Source of the DNA: Malacoraja senta
Lineage: Eukaryota
DNA: 64,000 nucleotides
Direction: 5' to 3'
Assembly: GCA_038087875.1 (NCBI GenBank)
Contig: JAXLNO010000213.1
Location: 186,001 to 250,000 of the forward strand
Shown: positions 52,516-64,000 of the stretch, piece after piece
How positions within the stretch are numbered: the stretch's first letter is position 1
Layout of the letters: each line of letters opens with the position of its first letter
Position numbers and translations under genes: made by a program
Notes under the pieces: model-generated
Seen by the model: the letters and a program-made list of their open reading frames with translations, nothing else
What the model was told of the DNA's origin: nothing
Database searches by the model: none

Positions 52516-55500
52516 ACTCGCCTAAGCCGGTAAAATTGCCCTTTCAATGCTTGTCCCATTGCCAGCTTTTCAACTACATACGTCGCAACCTTTCTTCGCC
52601 AGTTACCTTTTCCAAGGAATTTGTTTTCGGAGTTGCTGCGGTAGCTGCCTCTACAATGGCTTCTGAGCAGGAGTCGTGTCCGCTTGGTGGGGCTGCGGTG
52701 TCTAGTGGAGTGGCACGTGTGTGTGGCGGAGGACCAGACAGTGTCTGTGCAGAGGAGCAGGCGTGTCTGGAATGAGAGGCAGATGGAATGGAAGAGAGCC
52801 AACCGTGTCTGGCGGAGCGACAGGCGTGTCTGGCGGAAGGGCAGGGCGTGTGTGGAGGAGAGGCTGACGTGTCTGGCGGAGAGGGAGAATGACGGAGAGG
52901 GACACTGGATGACAGGCGTGCCTCGGTGAGGCGATGACATGTCTGCCGAGGGGAGCATGTGCCATGCGGAGGGGTTGTGTCTGGCGGGTGGGTTGTGGGG
53001 AAAAATACATCTACGGCATGTACAGCATTGCTCCTGCCCCGTACAATATCCCAGTCTGAAGGTTCCCCTGCGTTCCGCCAATTTTACTTCGGAGTCACGT
53101 GAGTGACTACGTGAAGAAGACCCCGTCCAGCCGCATTCGCGTCATTATCGATCAGACGCATAGCGTTCATGACCGTGTGTGGAGGAGCAGGAGCTCCTCC
53201 AGCCGGTGAGTAAAACAAAAGTAAAACAAAAGTCGGAAGGTAAGTGGGTTACTTTTCACTTACAGGAGCGTTTCCTTCCCGTTTAGACTTGTTTGGTCGA
53301 GCTCCACTCAAGTTTATTATGGGAGAAATGGGAAGGAGAGGCGGCCAGGGACGCACCGTAGTAAAACCCCAGATCCTAAGGGTAGCGGGCGTCAGTCAGG
53401 GGAGTCAGTGGCAGCGAAGCCATTAACTTCCGTCGTGGTCGAATGTGCTGTTAAACCGCCGGCGGCGGGGCGCAAGGCTGGGAAGAAAAAAAAAATCGGC
53501 CCGACCTGTAGACTCGGATGAGTCAGACCCGCAGGTATGCCCTCCTCAGGCAGGAAAGAGTATTACACTGCAAGGGTCAAAAACTTTATAACTCCTTATG
53601 GGGCAGATGATTTGTAAAGAACCCCCACAGGAGGATTTAAGTCGGTGTTGGCCAATGAAGTATAGCACAGGAGGTGCCTTGGAACAGGCACAAGGGTGGC
53701 CTACAGGAGAGCCATCAGTGCCTGTGCAGAAACATTAAAGAGGTTGGCCTACAGGAGAGCCAGTGCCCAAAAATGCAGGAAAAAAGGCAAGTTATGTGTT
53801 GGCCTATTGGAGAGCCAGTACTAGAAATGCCTGAACAAAAGGCAGCACAAACATGCAATGATAAATGTGCCAGCACCGACAAATATAAAGAGTAAAAATA
53901 ATGAAGTCGTTGGCCTAGAATTCAGCCAGCGCCAGCAGCACCTGAAGCAGGGCTGCCTGTCCGTGGGCCTACAAGAGAGCATGCGCAGGGGAATCTGGCA
54001 GAGACTTACCTGAAACAGGGGAGCCAGAAATTACCCAACATAAAAAGAAATATCTATATTTAGATGATGATTTAAATGAGGACCAGAGCCCATTATCAGA
54101 GCCAAAAATGTTCCAAGGCTGGCAAAAAACGTTGCTGTTCCCAGAGTAACAGGGGAACCTTTGAGAGAGGAAATAGCTATGACTATAAATTATCTACTCT
54201 CCCATCAGCCCCAGGAATGAACCATGGATGAGACTATCAAACAATATGAGACCCGGGAAATTGTAGCAGTTACAGCAGTGAATAACCTGATATGGGTAAT
54301 TTGAGCAGTGGTTTACGCTCACAAGAATTGAAATTACACAAGTGCTGAAATTTCTGGGGTCAGTGGTTTGGATGAAGGTTATATATCGTATTCACAACAA
54401 AATGCCTTGGCACTCATGTGTAGTGCGCACTTTGAATAAATTGTATTCATAAAATGCAATAAGACCAAATATTCATCCTAAGTATGCAGGCTCTGCAAAC
54501 CATCCAATATACAAATGCCTAAATCTGTTTTGGAGAAAATCTAGCAAAGAAACTAAAGGATCACCTATGCTGAGCAGAGCGGTGAGAAGGCAGTATCCCT
54601 ACAGGCGAAATGAGGTGCTGGAGAAGGAACAATCCTATCATTCTCGTATACACGTTGACGTGCTGCACCGAGGATACGTGGAGGTTACAATGTGCCTACT
54701 AGAAGGGGACAACAACTGCCGGTGGCAAACCCCGAGGTTAGGGGGCTTGGTCTGGTAAGAAACACAACAAATGATTCACACTCACAAATAGGGGGAAGGT
54801 TACGATTCATCCTAAAAGAATGGCAATCAATAACAAATGCTTCATTTATTCTATGTAGCATTGTAGGATTCAAAATTGAGTTCTCTCCACGTTTGGATCC
54901 TCCAATTCAGCATAATTCAAACTGGTCACGGATTTTCTCAAAGGAAGAGAATGGGTTGATCAAAGGAGAATTGAAAAATTTTATGCAGAAAAGGATGATA
55001 TAAATGTCAGTAGTACAACACCGCCAGTTTGTGTCAAATATTCTCCTAGGAATATTCTCCTAGAAAAGGGATGGTGGACGTAGAATCATTTCCGATCTGA
55101 CAAATCTTAACCTTTATGTACAATAGAAACATTTCAAAATGGAAACATTTACTAATGCCATTTAGCTAGTCACAAAGAATTGCTACAAGGCAAGCATAGA
55201 TCTGCAAAATGCATATTATTCTGTGGCAATGCATGGTAATGATCAAAGATATTTGAAATTTAGATGTCAGTTATGGCAATTTCAAGCATTGCCCAATGGT
55301 CTGATTTCAGCACCAAGATTATTCACTAAATTGCTCAAACCAATTTTAGCTTTGTTAAGAGCTGAGGGCCATGTATTAATGGCTTATTTAGATGATATCC
55401 TCATTGTAGGGGGACACTTTGGCTGCTGCAAAATTGTCAGTATCCAGAGTCAAATACATTTTGAGAAATTAGGTTCCATTATTCACCTACAAAAATCTAA

Positions 55501-57651
55501 ATTGTTACCAAGCAAAAAGATTGATTACCTAGGGTTCACAATTAACTCCGAACACATGGTAATAATCACTTTGCCAAAAGATAAAAAGCTGCAGTTAATT
55601 GAGGTTGCATAAACTCATTAACGAGGACACACCTTCAATTAGAGAAGTGGCAAGCTTGCTCGGCAAATTAATTGCAGGGTTTCCAGCGGTCACGTTTGGA
55701 CCATTGCATTATCAATGTTTACAGGGAGCTAAGGTACAAGCGTTAAAAATGAATAGAGGGCATTTTGATAGGCCCATGAAATTAACAATTCACTCCATTA
55801 CAGAAATAGAATGGTGATTAACAATGTTTCTAATGCTTCCAGAAAAGTTCTGGTAGAAACACCTTACGACGTCACTCTACAGACTGATGTAAGTGCGCTG
55901 AGTTGGGGCGCTACTAACATGATTTCCAGCTGTGGAGGTAGGTGGAATGTGAATGAAGTACCTTTGCTGGAAAATCTGGGAATCAATTACCTAGAGCTAT
56001 TAGGCGCATTTTACGGCCTTAGAGCTTATTGCACTGACATGGGAAATGTGCACGTTCAGGTACAGGTTGACAATACTACAGCTGTAGCATACATAAATCA
56101 CATGGGTGGTATAAAATCAGAATCATGTGATAAATTGGAGCAATTAAATTTGGACCTGGGGTATTGCCAGAAAAATTTGGCTGTCAGCAATATATTTACC
56201 AGGTAAAAATTAATACAATTGCAGACAAAAGATCACGTAAATTTAATGATAATACAGAATGGATGTTAAATCGGAAATATTCACACAAATTATCACACAA
56301 TTTGGAATGCCAGAAATTGATCTGTTTGCATCAAGATTGAACCACCAGTTGCCTAAGTATGTGTCATGGGAACCTGATCCTGGAGCAGTAGTGGTGGATG
56401 CTTTCTCGCTACATTGGGGTGGTATGTTTCTGTATGCTTTTCCACCATTTTGTTTAATCCACAAATGCATACAGAAAATTAAACAAGATTCAGCCTCAGG
56501 GATTTTGGTAGTACCAGATTGGCCTACACAGGTATTGTACCCACTGGTGTTAAAAATGGGAAGAAAAAAAAACCCTTATGGTTATTCCAAAGCAGATTAA
56601 ACTGTTTGTACACCCTGTGACTAATGAACCACATCCTTTACATAATCGTATTGGTTTGTTGATTTGCAGATTCTAAGAAGGCCATATCTTGGAAAAGGAT
56701 TATCAGACCGTACGGTGGATGTTATGACAGCAGCCTGGAGGAATAGTACCCAGAAGCAGTACATGTCCTATATAAAGAAATGGGAGGTGTTTTGTTCAGG
56801 AAAGAATATTGCATATAACACAGCAGAAATTTCAGATGTAATAGAGTTTCTTTCAACTCTACACTATGAATTGAAATTAAGTTATAGTGCAATTAATACT
56901 GCACGAAGTGCACTCTCTGCTTATTTAAGCAGTGAATCAGAACAAACTCCAATTGGAGCACATCCTTGGGTCTGTAGGTTTATGAAAGGAATTTTCAACT
57001 CTAATCCTCCCAGACCCAGGTATACAGAAATTTGGAATGTAAAAGATGTACTGATGTTCCTAAGGAATTGGAATCCAGTTGAAACTCTGTCATTATCCAA
57101 AATTACCATGAAATTGGTTATGCTCATGGCATTAGTTTCAGCGCAGAGAGTTCAAACATTACAGAAACTCAGAATTGATAGAATGAAAGTAGGGCAAAAT
57201 GCCGTGACATTCTATGTCTATGATTTACTGAAGCAAAGTAGACCTGGGATCACAGGATGCAAGTTGGAATTTTTAGCATATCCTACAGATTCACGACTGT
57301 GTGTAGTAACATATGTGAAATGTTACATAGAAACAACAAAAGTTTAAGAGGCGCCGAATTGGCATTTTTTATTAGTCATAAAAAGCCTCATAAGAAAGTG
57401 TCAACACAAACAATTTCACGATGGTTGAAACAGGTGTTGAGATATTCAGGTATTGACACTGATAAATTTAAATCTCATTCGTCCAGGGCGGCATCAACAT
57501 CAGCGGCCAGGGATTCAGACGTGCTAATAGACCTTATTCTCGCGGCCGCAGGATGGGCAAGTGAACAGATGTTTCACAAGTATTACCACAAGGAGATTAA
57601 AGATCTCAGAGGGTTTGGTGATGCCGTGCTGGATACAGTATTAAATCCCCC

Positions 57652-60600
57652 GGTGCCTGCGTCATAACGCAGACAGCAGTTATCACCTATGTTCGCAGCT
57701 CGTGGAGAGGAGAGGAGATCAGGCACCTGGCACAATTCCAGGAACCTGACTCCGGTTAATCCACTCAGTAAACCGCTCACTTTAACAATACTAAATTCAT
57801 TTTAAAATAGTTAAGAGATAAAGAGTGAGTAGGATATGGAATCGAATACATTTGACATATATATAAATTGTAACTGGGTGAAATAGAACTGAATTGGAAA
57901 CGGTAATGACCCCATAGATTTTGGGTAATAAATACAGCGGGGCTAACTTTATACCAACTACGCCGGAAGCGTTATGGATGTCGTACCCCACAGACGAGTG
58001 GGCCACTCACTACGGTGTTGAAATTTTAGACACCGTAAATTTATTTGATTTATATATATTTTTTTTAATCACAATATGTCACATCTGTGTGTTTTTTCTT
58101 CAAGGACAATCGCGCAGGAGAACTACCAAGGAAGTCTATAATAGAAATACTCCCAAAATAACCAGAGTCCGGAGGTATGAACGCACCACAATAATTAAGG
58201 TCATTAAAACTGGTAAAAATGCATGACGACAATCAAAAGAAAATAGGAGGAATCACATTATGTAGTTGGAATATAAGGGGGATTAATGAACCTATTAAAA
58301 GGGGCAAGATACTAGCTCAGTTGAAATCATACAACACGGACATTGCGTTTCTACAGGAAACACATCTTAAACAGCAAGATCAGACAAGACTGAGGGCGAA
58401 CTGGATAGGCCAAACATTTCACTCTTCATTTACCTCCAAATCTAGAGGTACTGCAATTATTATTCGTAAAGGAATTCCATTTAAATCAAAGAACACTATT
58501 TTAGATAAGGAAGGGAGATATCTTATAGTAGCAGGGGAGATCAATAATATGCCAATTACGCTGGTAAACATATATGCGCCCAACTTTGATAACCCTCAAT
58601 TTTTTAATAAAATTCTGAATATAATTGCAGAATCTAATTATCAAAATGTTATAATCGGAGGAGATTTTAATTGTGTTTTAGATCCTTATTTAGATAAATC
58701 GATGCAAAAACAAAAAGGTCAGACGAAATCTAAAACCAGTGAACTCTTACACACATATATGGAAAACACAAATATAACAGATGTATGGAGGATTGCAAAC
58801 CCGACGGGAAGGGATTACTCGTTTTATTCAATGGTGCATAAAACATATTCACGGATAGACTATTTTCTTGTGGATACAAAATTAATTTCGCAATCTCTGA
58901 ATCCTAAATATCATATTAATGCGATCTCAGATCATTCTCCGTTAACTTTTGTTCTAAAACTAGAAGGAATGTCTATGAATAAACCGTTCTGGAGGTTTAA
59001 CTCACAAATTTTAAAAGACCCTCAAGGGAGTATCTATCTAAAAAAACAGATGGATCTATTTTTTGAGTTAAATGATACACCAGAGATATCCCCCACGTTA
59101 TTATGGGAATCCTTCAAAGCATTTATAAGAGGAGTCATTATTTCATTTCAAGCTTATCAAAATAAAAAGAATAAGAATGAACAAAGACACTTAGAAGATC
59201 AAATAAAACAGTTAGATATAGATAATGCTAAAGACCCAACTATGGATAAACATAATAAAATACTACTACTGAAATTTCAGTTAAATAAATTACTGTCAGA
59301 GAAAGTTATAACATTATTTCAAATCACAAAACAAGAACACTTCGAATTCGGGGACAAACCCCACAAACTTCTAGCACGACAACTTAAAAAACGGGAAAAA
59401 GAGAATGCAATATTAAAGATTAAATCAGATAGAGGGGAAGTATTAACACTACCCAAGGATATTAATAAAAGATTTGCTCAATTTTACCAGAATCTATACA
59501 CATCTAAAACGTCAATAGACAATAATAAAATCTCAGAATTTTTAGATAATTGTAATCTACCACAATTAGAACGCAGGGAACAAGAGGAACTGGGAGCACA
59601 AATTACTTCTAAGGAGATAGAAGACACAATAAAAACACTAAAAAATGGAAAAACACCAGGACCAGACGGATTCAGTAATGAATTTTATAAATCTTTTTAT
59701 GATATAGTTACTCCACGATTACAAAAAATGTATACATATGCTTATAAAGAGCAAAACCTACCTGAAACACTAGCGGAATCAACGATTATATTAATACTTA
59801 AAAAAGATAAAAATATAGAAGAACCAGGATCATATAGAGCTATTGCTTTGTTAAATACGGATCAGAAAATAATAGCAAAAACATTAGCCAATAGATTAAG
59901 CAAGTATGTTAGTAGACTAATACATGAGGATCAAACAGGATTTATACCTAAGAGACACTCATTTAATAATTTGAGACGTTTGCTTAACATAATGCATTCA
60001 CATAAATCTTATGACCAAGAGTTAGCTATCATCTCACTGGACGCAGAAAAAGCGTTTGATCAAGTAGAATGGGACTATATGATCAAAGTATTGCAAAAAT
60101 TCCAATTGGGAGAAAACTTTATTGCATGGATAAAACTACTATATAACAAACCTACGGCTAGAATACTAACTAATAATATATTATCTTCAAAATTCGAATT
60201 ATCTAGGGGCAGCAGACAAGGATGTTCACTATCACCGCTGTTATTTGCTTTGGTAATTGAACCCCTTGCTGAAAAAATAAGAACACACTCGAATATTCAC
60301 GGTTATAACACAAAATATTCAAACAACAAACTATCCCTATATGCTGATGATGTACTACTGTACATCACAAAACCACAAATTAGTATACCAAATATATTAA
60401 ACTTAATTGAGGACTTTGGATCCTTTTCAGGATATAGAATAAATTGGAACAAAAGTGAAATTATGTCGATTAAACCAAAAGACTCAACACATCTCAGGAA
60501 ATTCCCTTTTAAAATAGCTATGGAAAAATTCAAATATTTAGGAATTGAGATTACTAGAAATTACCATGATATGTTTAAAGCTAATTATAATCCCCTACTT

Positions 60601-62432
60601 AAGAAATTAAATAATCTGATTAAATTTTGGAAAACACTTCCGATGTCCTTAATAGGTAGGATAAATGCTATAAAAATGATTTTCTTACCACAAATCCTTT
60701 ACCTATTTCAATCAATACCTATATATCTCCCAAAAAAGTTTTTCAAAAAACTGGACTCAGACATTACAAATTTTATATGGGATTACAAATCCCACAGAAT
60801 ACAAAGAACACACCTTAACAAACGAAAAGAGTTGGGGGGTCTAGCGCTCCCTAACTTTATGTATTATAACTGGGCAGTAAATATTAAAAATATGATTCAC
60901 CTGCTGGACAATTCTGCCCAGCAGGTGGACTGGATTATAATGGAAAAAGGGGATTGCTCCCCGAATAATATAGGAGCGATTATTCTCTCTCCAATAAATT
61001 TGAATAATAAAAATTATAATAAAAATCCAATTATATATAGCACTATTAGAACATGGAAGCAAATAAAACAGAATCTAAAATTAAGAAACCTATCTCTCTT
61101 AATACCAATAGTCAATAACCCATCGTTTAAACCTTCAATCATAGATAAAGCATTTATACAATGGGAAAGAATGGGAATTAAAACGCTCGAAGATCTGTAT
61201 GAATTAGAAAAATTACTATCATTCCAACAACTACAACTGAAATATAATTTGAAAAATAATCAATATTTTAAATATCTACAAATCTGTGACTATTTGAAAA
61301 CACACACAAAAGATTATTATAATATGCCTTCCGACTTATTAGATGAAGCAATGAAGACAAAGGCGGAATCAGTTAATTTAATATCATACTTATATAATAT
61401 CATCTTAAATATAGAAATACCCACAACAGATGGAATTAGAAGAGATTGGGAACAAGATCTAGGTATAAAAATTTCAAAAGAGAGTTGGGATAATCATTTA
61501 TTACAGGTGCATAAATGCTCGATCAACGTACGACATACGCTTATCCAATTTAAAACATTACATAGATTATATTATTCAAAAACCAAACTAAATAAAATCT
61601 TTCCTAACGTCTCACCAATCTGTGATAAATGTATATGTCAAGAAGCTACCATAGCACATTCTTTTGTTTTTTGTACAAAAATCCAAAAATTCTGGTTTGA
61701 AATATTTGATATTTTTTCAAAATCAATCAAAATAAAACTGGTACCAAAACCAGAATGGATTATTTTTTGAATATCGGAAGGTATTCCTGAATTAAACGTG
61801 TATCAGAAGAATTTACTCAATTATGGGCTAATAATGGGAAAAAAGCTTATACTTAAATTCTGGAAAAATGCGCCCACACCTACAATAAAAATGTGGACAT
61901 CAAATATGTTGGAAACATTACATCTGGAAGAGATGAGATTCCTCCTAGTAGGCAAAGTAGATCAATTTCAAAAGACGTGGTCTACGTTTTTGGACCTATT
62001 ACAAGCATGAGGTGCAATAGTAATTTAGAAAAACAAATAAATAAATAAAAGGTATCTGGACCTGGTAATGGGAGGTAAAATAAAAACAGACTTGGTTGGT
62101 AGTTCCTTCTCTATGAAGTATGGTATAAGAGTTATAATAGAGCGATTGTTCCTTCTTTCTTTCTCTTTTTTTTTCTAGGGTCTATTTTCTAACTTTACTT
62201 CCTTCTCTAACTTCTTTTCTAAGGGGCTTTCTTTTCCCAACACTCTTTTGCACTTCACAACCTTTGCGCACTTTCTTCACTTTTCTTACTTCTTTCTTTT
62301 TCTTTCTTAAAGTTTAAAAAAGTGAAGCGGTACAAAAAATGTATTAATATATACGTGTTGTACATTACTGTAATCTACCGTACTTCTAAAAAATAAAAAA
62401 AATAAAAAAAAAATAAAAAAAAATAAAAAAAA
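57652..62432 (+). mobile_element. Young 5'-truncated L1/Tx1 LINE (no ORF1)
   Basis: 15-bp TSD AGTATTAAATCCCCC (57637-51 and 62433-47), A-rich tail; the empty site is visible in the other DIRS copy near 47570-47590. Confidence 0.95.
58219..62010 (+). CDS. L1 ORF2 (APE endonuclease, RT, Cys-rich C-terminus) with a single premature stop at 61768-61770
   Basis: 1183-aa ORF with SWNIRG, GGDFN, SDH, LYADD; continues in the same frame to 62010. The TGA aligns with GGA in the other L1 copy. Confidence 0.9.
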
Positions 62433-64000
62433 AGTATTAAATCCCCCCATTATAATAAATGGGCCTAATTTTGTTACTTTTATTAAAATAAATAAAACCA
62501 TTAACTGATTACATTCAAATGTTGTGGTTATGCATTGTTGATTGTGCTTACTCAAATAGAGTCAATCGATGCAGTGAACACCTGGATTTGAATCCACGGT
62601 GTGAAATCACAGAGCTTTGAAATCTTCACGTGACTCCGAAGTAAAATAGTAAGATTAAACGAGAACTTACCAAGTTTGAAGTTTGATCTTTATTTTATGA
62701 GTAACGTTGAGGGATTACGTGCCCTCCGCTCCCACCCTCATAAAAAGATCAAGCTGGTAGTTCTAAGTCTTTATGCATCTTACTATCATACTTCAGTAAT
62801 TATCGTCTGTGATTGTCACTCCGATGCTTTGAAGGATTGACGCGTATGCGGCTGGACGGGGTCTTCTTCACGTAATCCCTCAACGTTACTCCTCATAAAA
62901 TAAAGATCAAACTTCAAACTTGGTAAGTTCTCGTTTAATCTTACTATTCTCCCCACATTCTTATCAACTGTTGTCCATCCAGTATACATTAGTTACAGAA
63001 ACCACTAATAGGCAGTAGCTCAATTGTATGTGGGAGGAAACAAGAGGGCAGCCAGGAGTAGCGCGGCGTCGGAGGACGAACGATGAAACATTGCACAAAA
63101 AGCACGGGAGGTAAGTTCCCTGCCACAGAGGGCAGTGGAGGCCAAATCGCTGGATGGATTTAAGAGAGAATTAGATAGAGCTCTAAGGGCTAGTGGAATC
63201 AAAGCATATGGAGAGAAGGCAGGCACGAGTTATTTATTGGGGACGATCAGCTACGATCACAATGAATGGCGGTGTTGGATCTAAGGTCCGAATGGCCTCC
63301 TTCTGCACCTATTTTCTATGTTTCTCTGTAAAGATTGAACCTGCGTCACCGGAACTGTGTGACACCCGCAGTACTGACTGTGGCACGGTGGCGAAGATGT
63401 ACAGATACATCTGCGGATATAAATTCTAATTATCAGATCGCCCGAAGGAGAGGACATTAAGATAAATAACATTCACTGATATAAAAATTCCTGACAGCAT
63501 TTGTTTACATCTGAATTAACGCATATTAACGCCGTGACGCTTTCACAGACTTAGAAACCAGCACGTCACATTCACTTGCTTTATCTAATGAGCTGTAGAA
63601 TTACAGGTCTAAAACGGGATTATGCTTCACGCAGCGACGACTGCAGAAAATATATAGGTTATATATTCAGTTAAGCAGGGTTGTCCGATTGGGAACAGAT
63701 GTCATTTCACTAACTGGTTTCAGACTATCCATGGAAGGAGCCCAAGGTGCCATACTCTCAGCTCCTGGTCAACATATATCCAATCTCAGGGTCCCGTAAT
63801 TTGAAGAAGGACATTCTTGGTATTGACGGAGTGCAGCGTAGGTTCATCAGGTTAATTCACGGGATGGCGGGACTGTCATATTCTGAAAGAATGGAGCGGC
63901 TGGGCTTGTATACTCTGGAATTTAGAAGGATGAGAGGGAATCGTATTGAAACATGTACGATTATTAAGGGGTTGGACACGCTAGAGGCAGGAAACATCCC

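Larger units (their letters stand above)
53081..62948 (+). mobile_element. DIRS1-type retrotransposon (inverted copy of 47059-52138) carrying an L1 insertion
   Basis: Left ITR TTTTACTTCGGAGTCACG..., RT 54692-55817, RNase H 55811-56206, MTase 56259-56600 (YAFPPF), YR 56664-57667, ICR about 62620-62720, right ITR and extension to ...CTTACTATT. Confidence 0.93.

Noticed and set aside
52138..53081. ORFs spanning the N run
   Set aside because: Artefacts of translating through the gap.
56259..56600. Captured phage-like adenine methyltransferase as a novel system
   Set aside because: The MTase domain and tyrosine recombinase are standard components of DIRS1 elements.

Overview
Repeat-dense eukaryotic genomic DNA. 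CR1/HER1-like LINE tails, L1, Rex1, DIRS and a GPR139-like receptor gene suggest a cartilaginous fish such as a skate or ray (inference). Host features: a variant tRNA-Asp(GTC), a CpG-rich promoter-like block, an apparently intact two-exon GPR139-like GPCR gene (exon 1 missed by the ORF track) and an orphan paralogous exon 1. The rest is nested mobile DNA: a BEL/Pao remnant, three L1 copies, CR1/L2/Rex1 fragments, a Gypsy remnant, Helitron ends, a TAG..CTA DDE transposon, two inverted DIRS1 copies flanking a 200-N gap, a 3.55-kb tandem duplication and minisatellites. Three structures stand out. (1) A palindromic LTR-PBS-tRNA T-loop-PBS-LTR insert with a 5-bp TSD, which looks like an integrated fold-back plus-strand strong-stop cDNA with a mismatch at the m1A58 position. 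(2) A DIRS element whose flanks derive from two AATTCT sites 4.4 kb apart in the paralogous locus, replacing GPCR exon 2. (3) A transposase with a C-terminal Spindlin/Tudor-like segment. All alignments were done by eye; many element boundaries are approximate.
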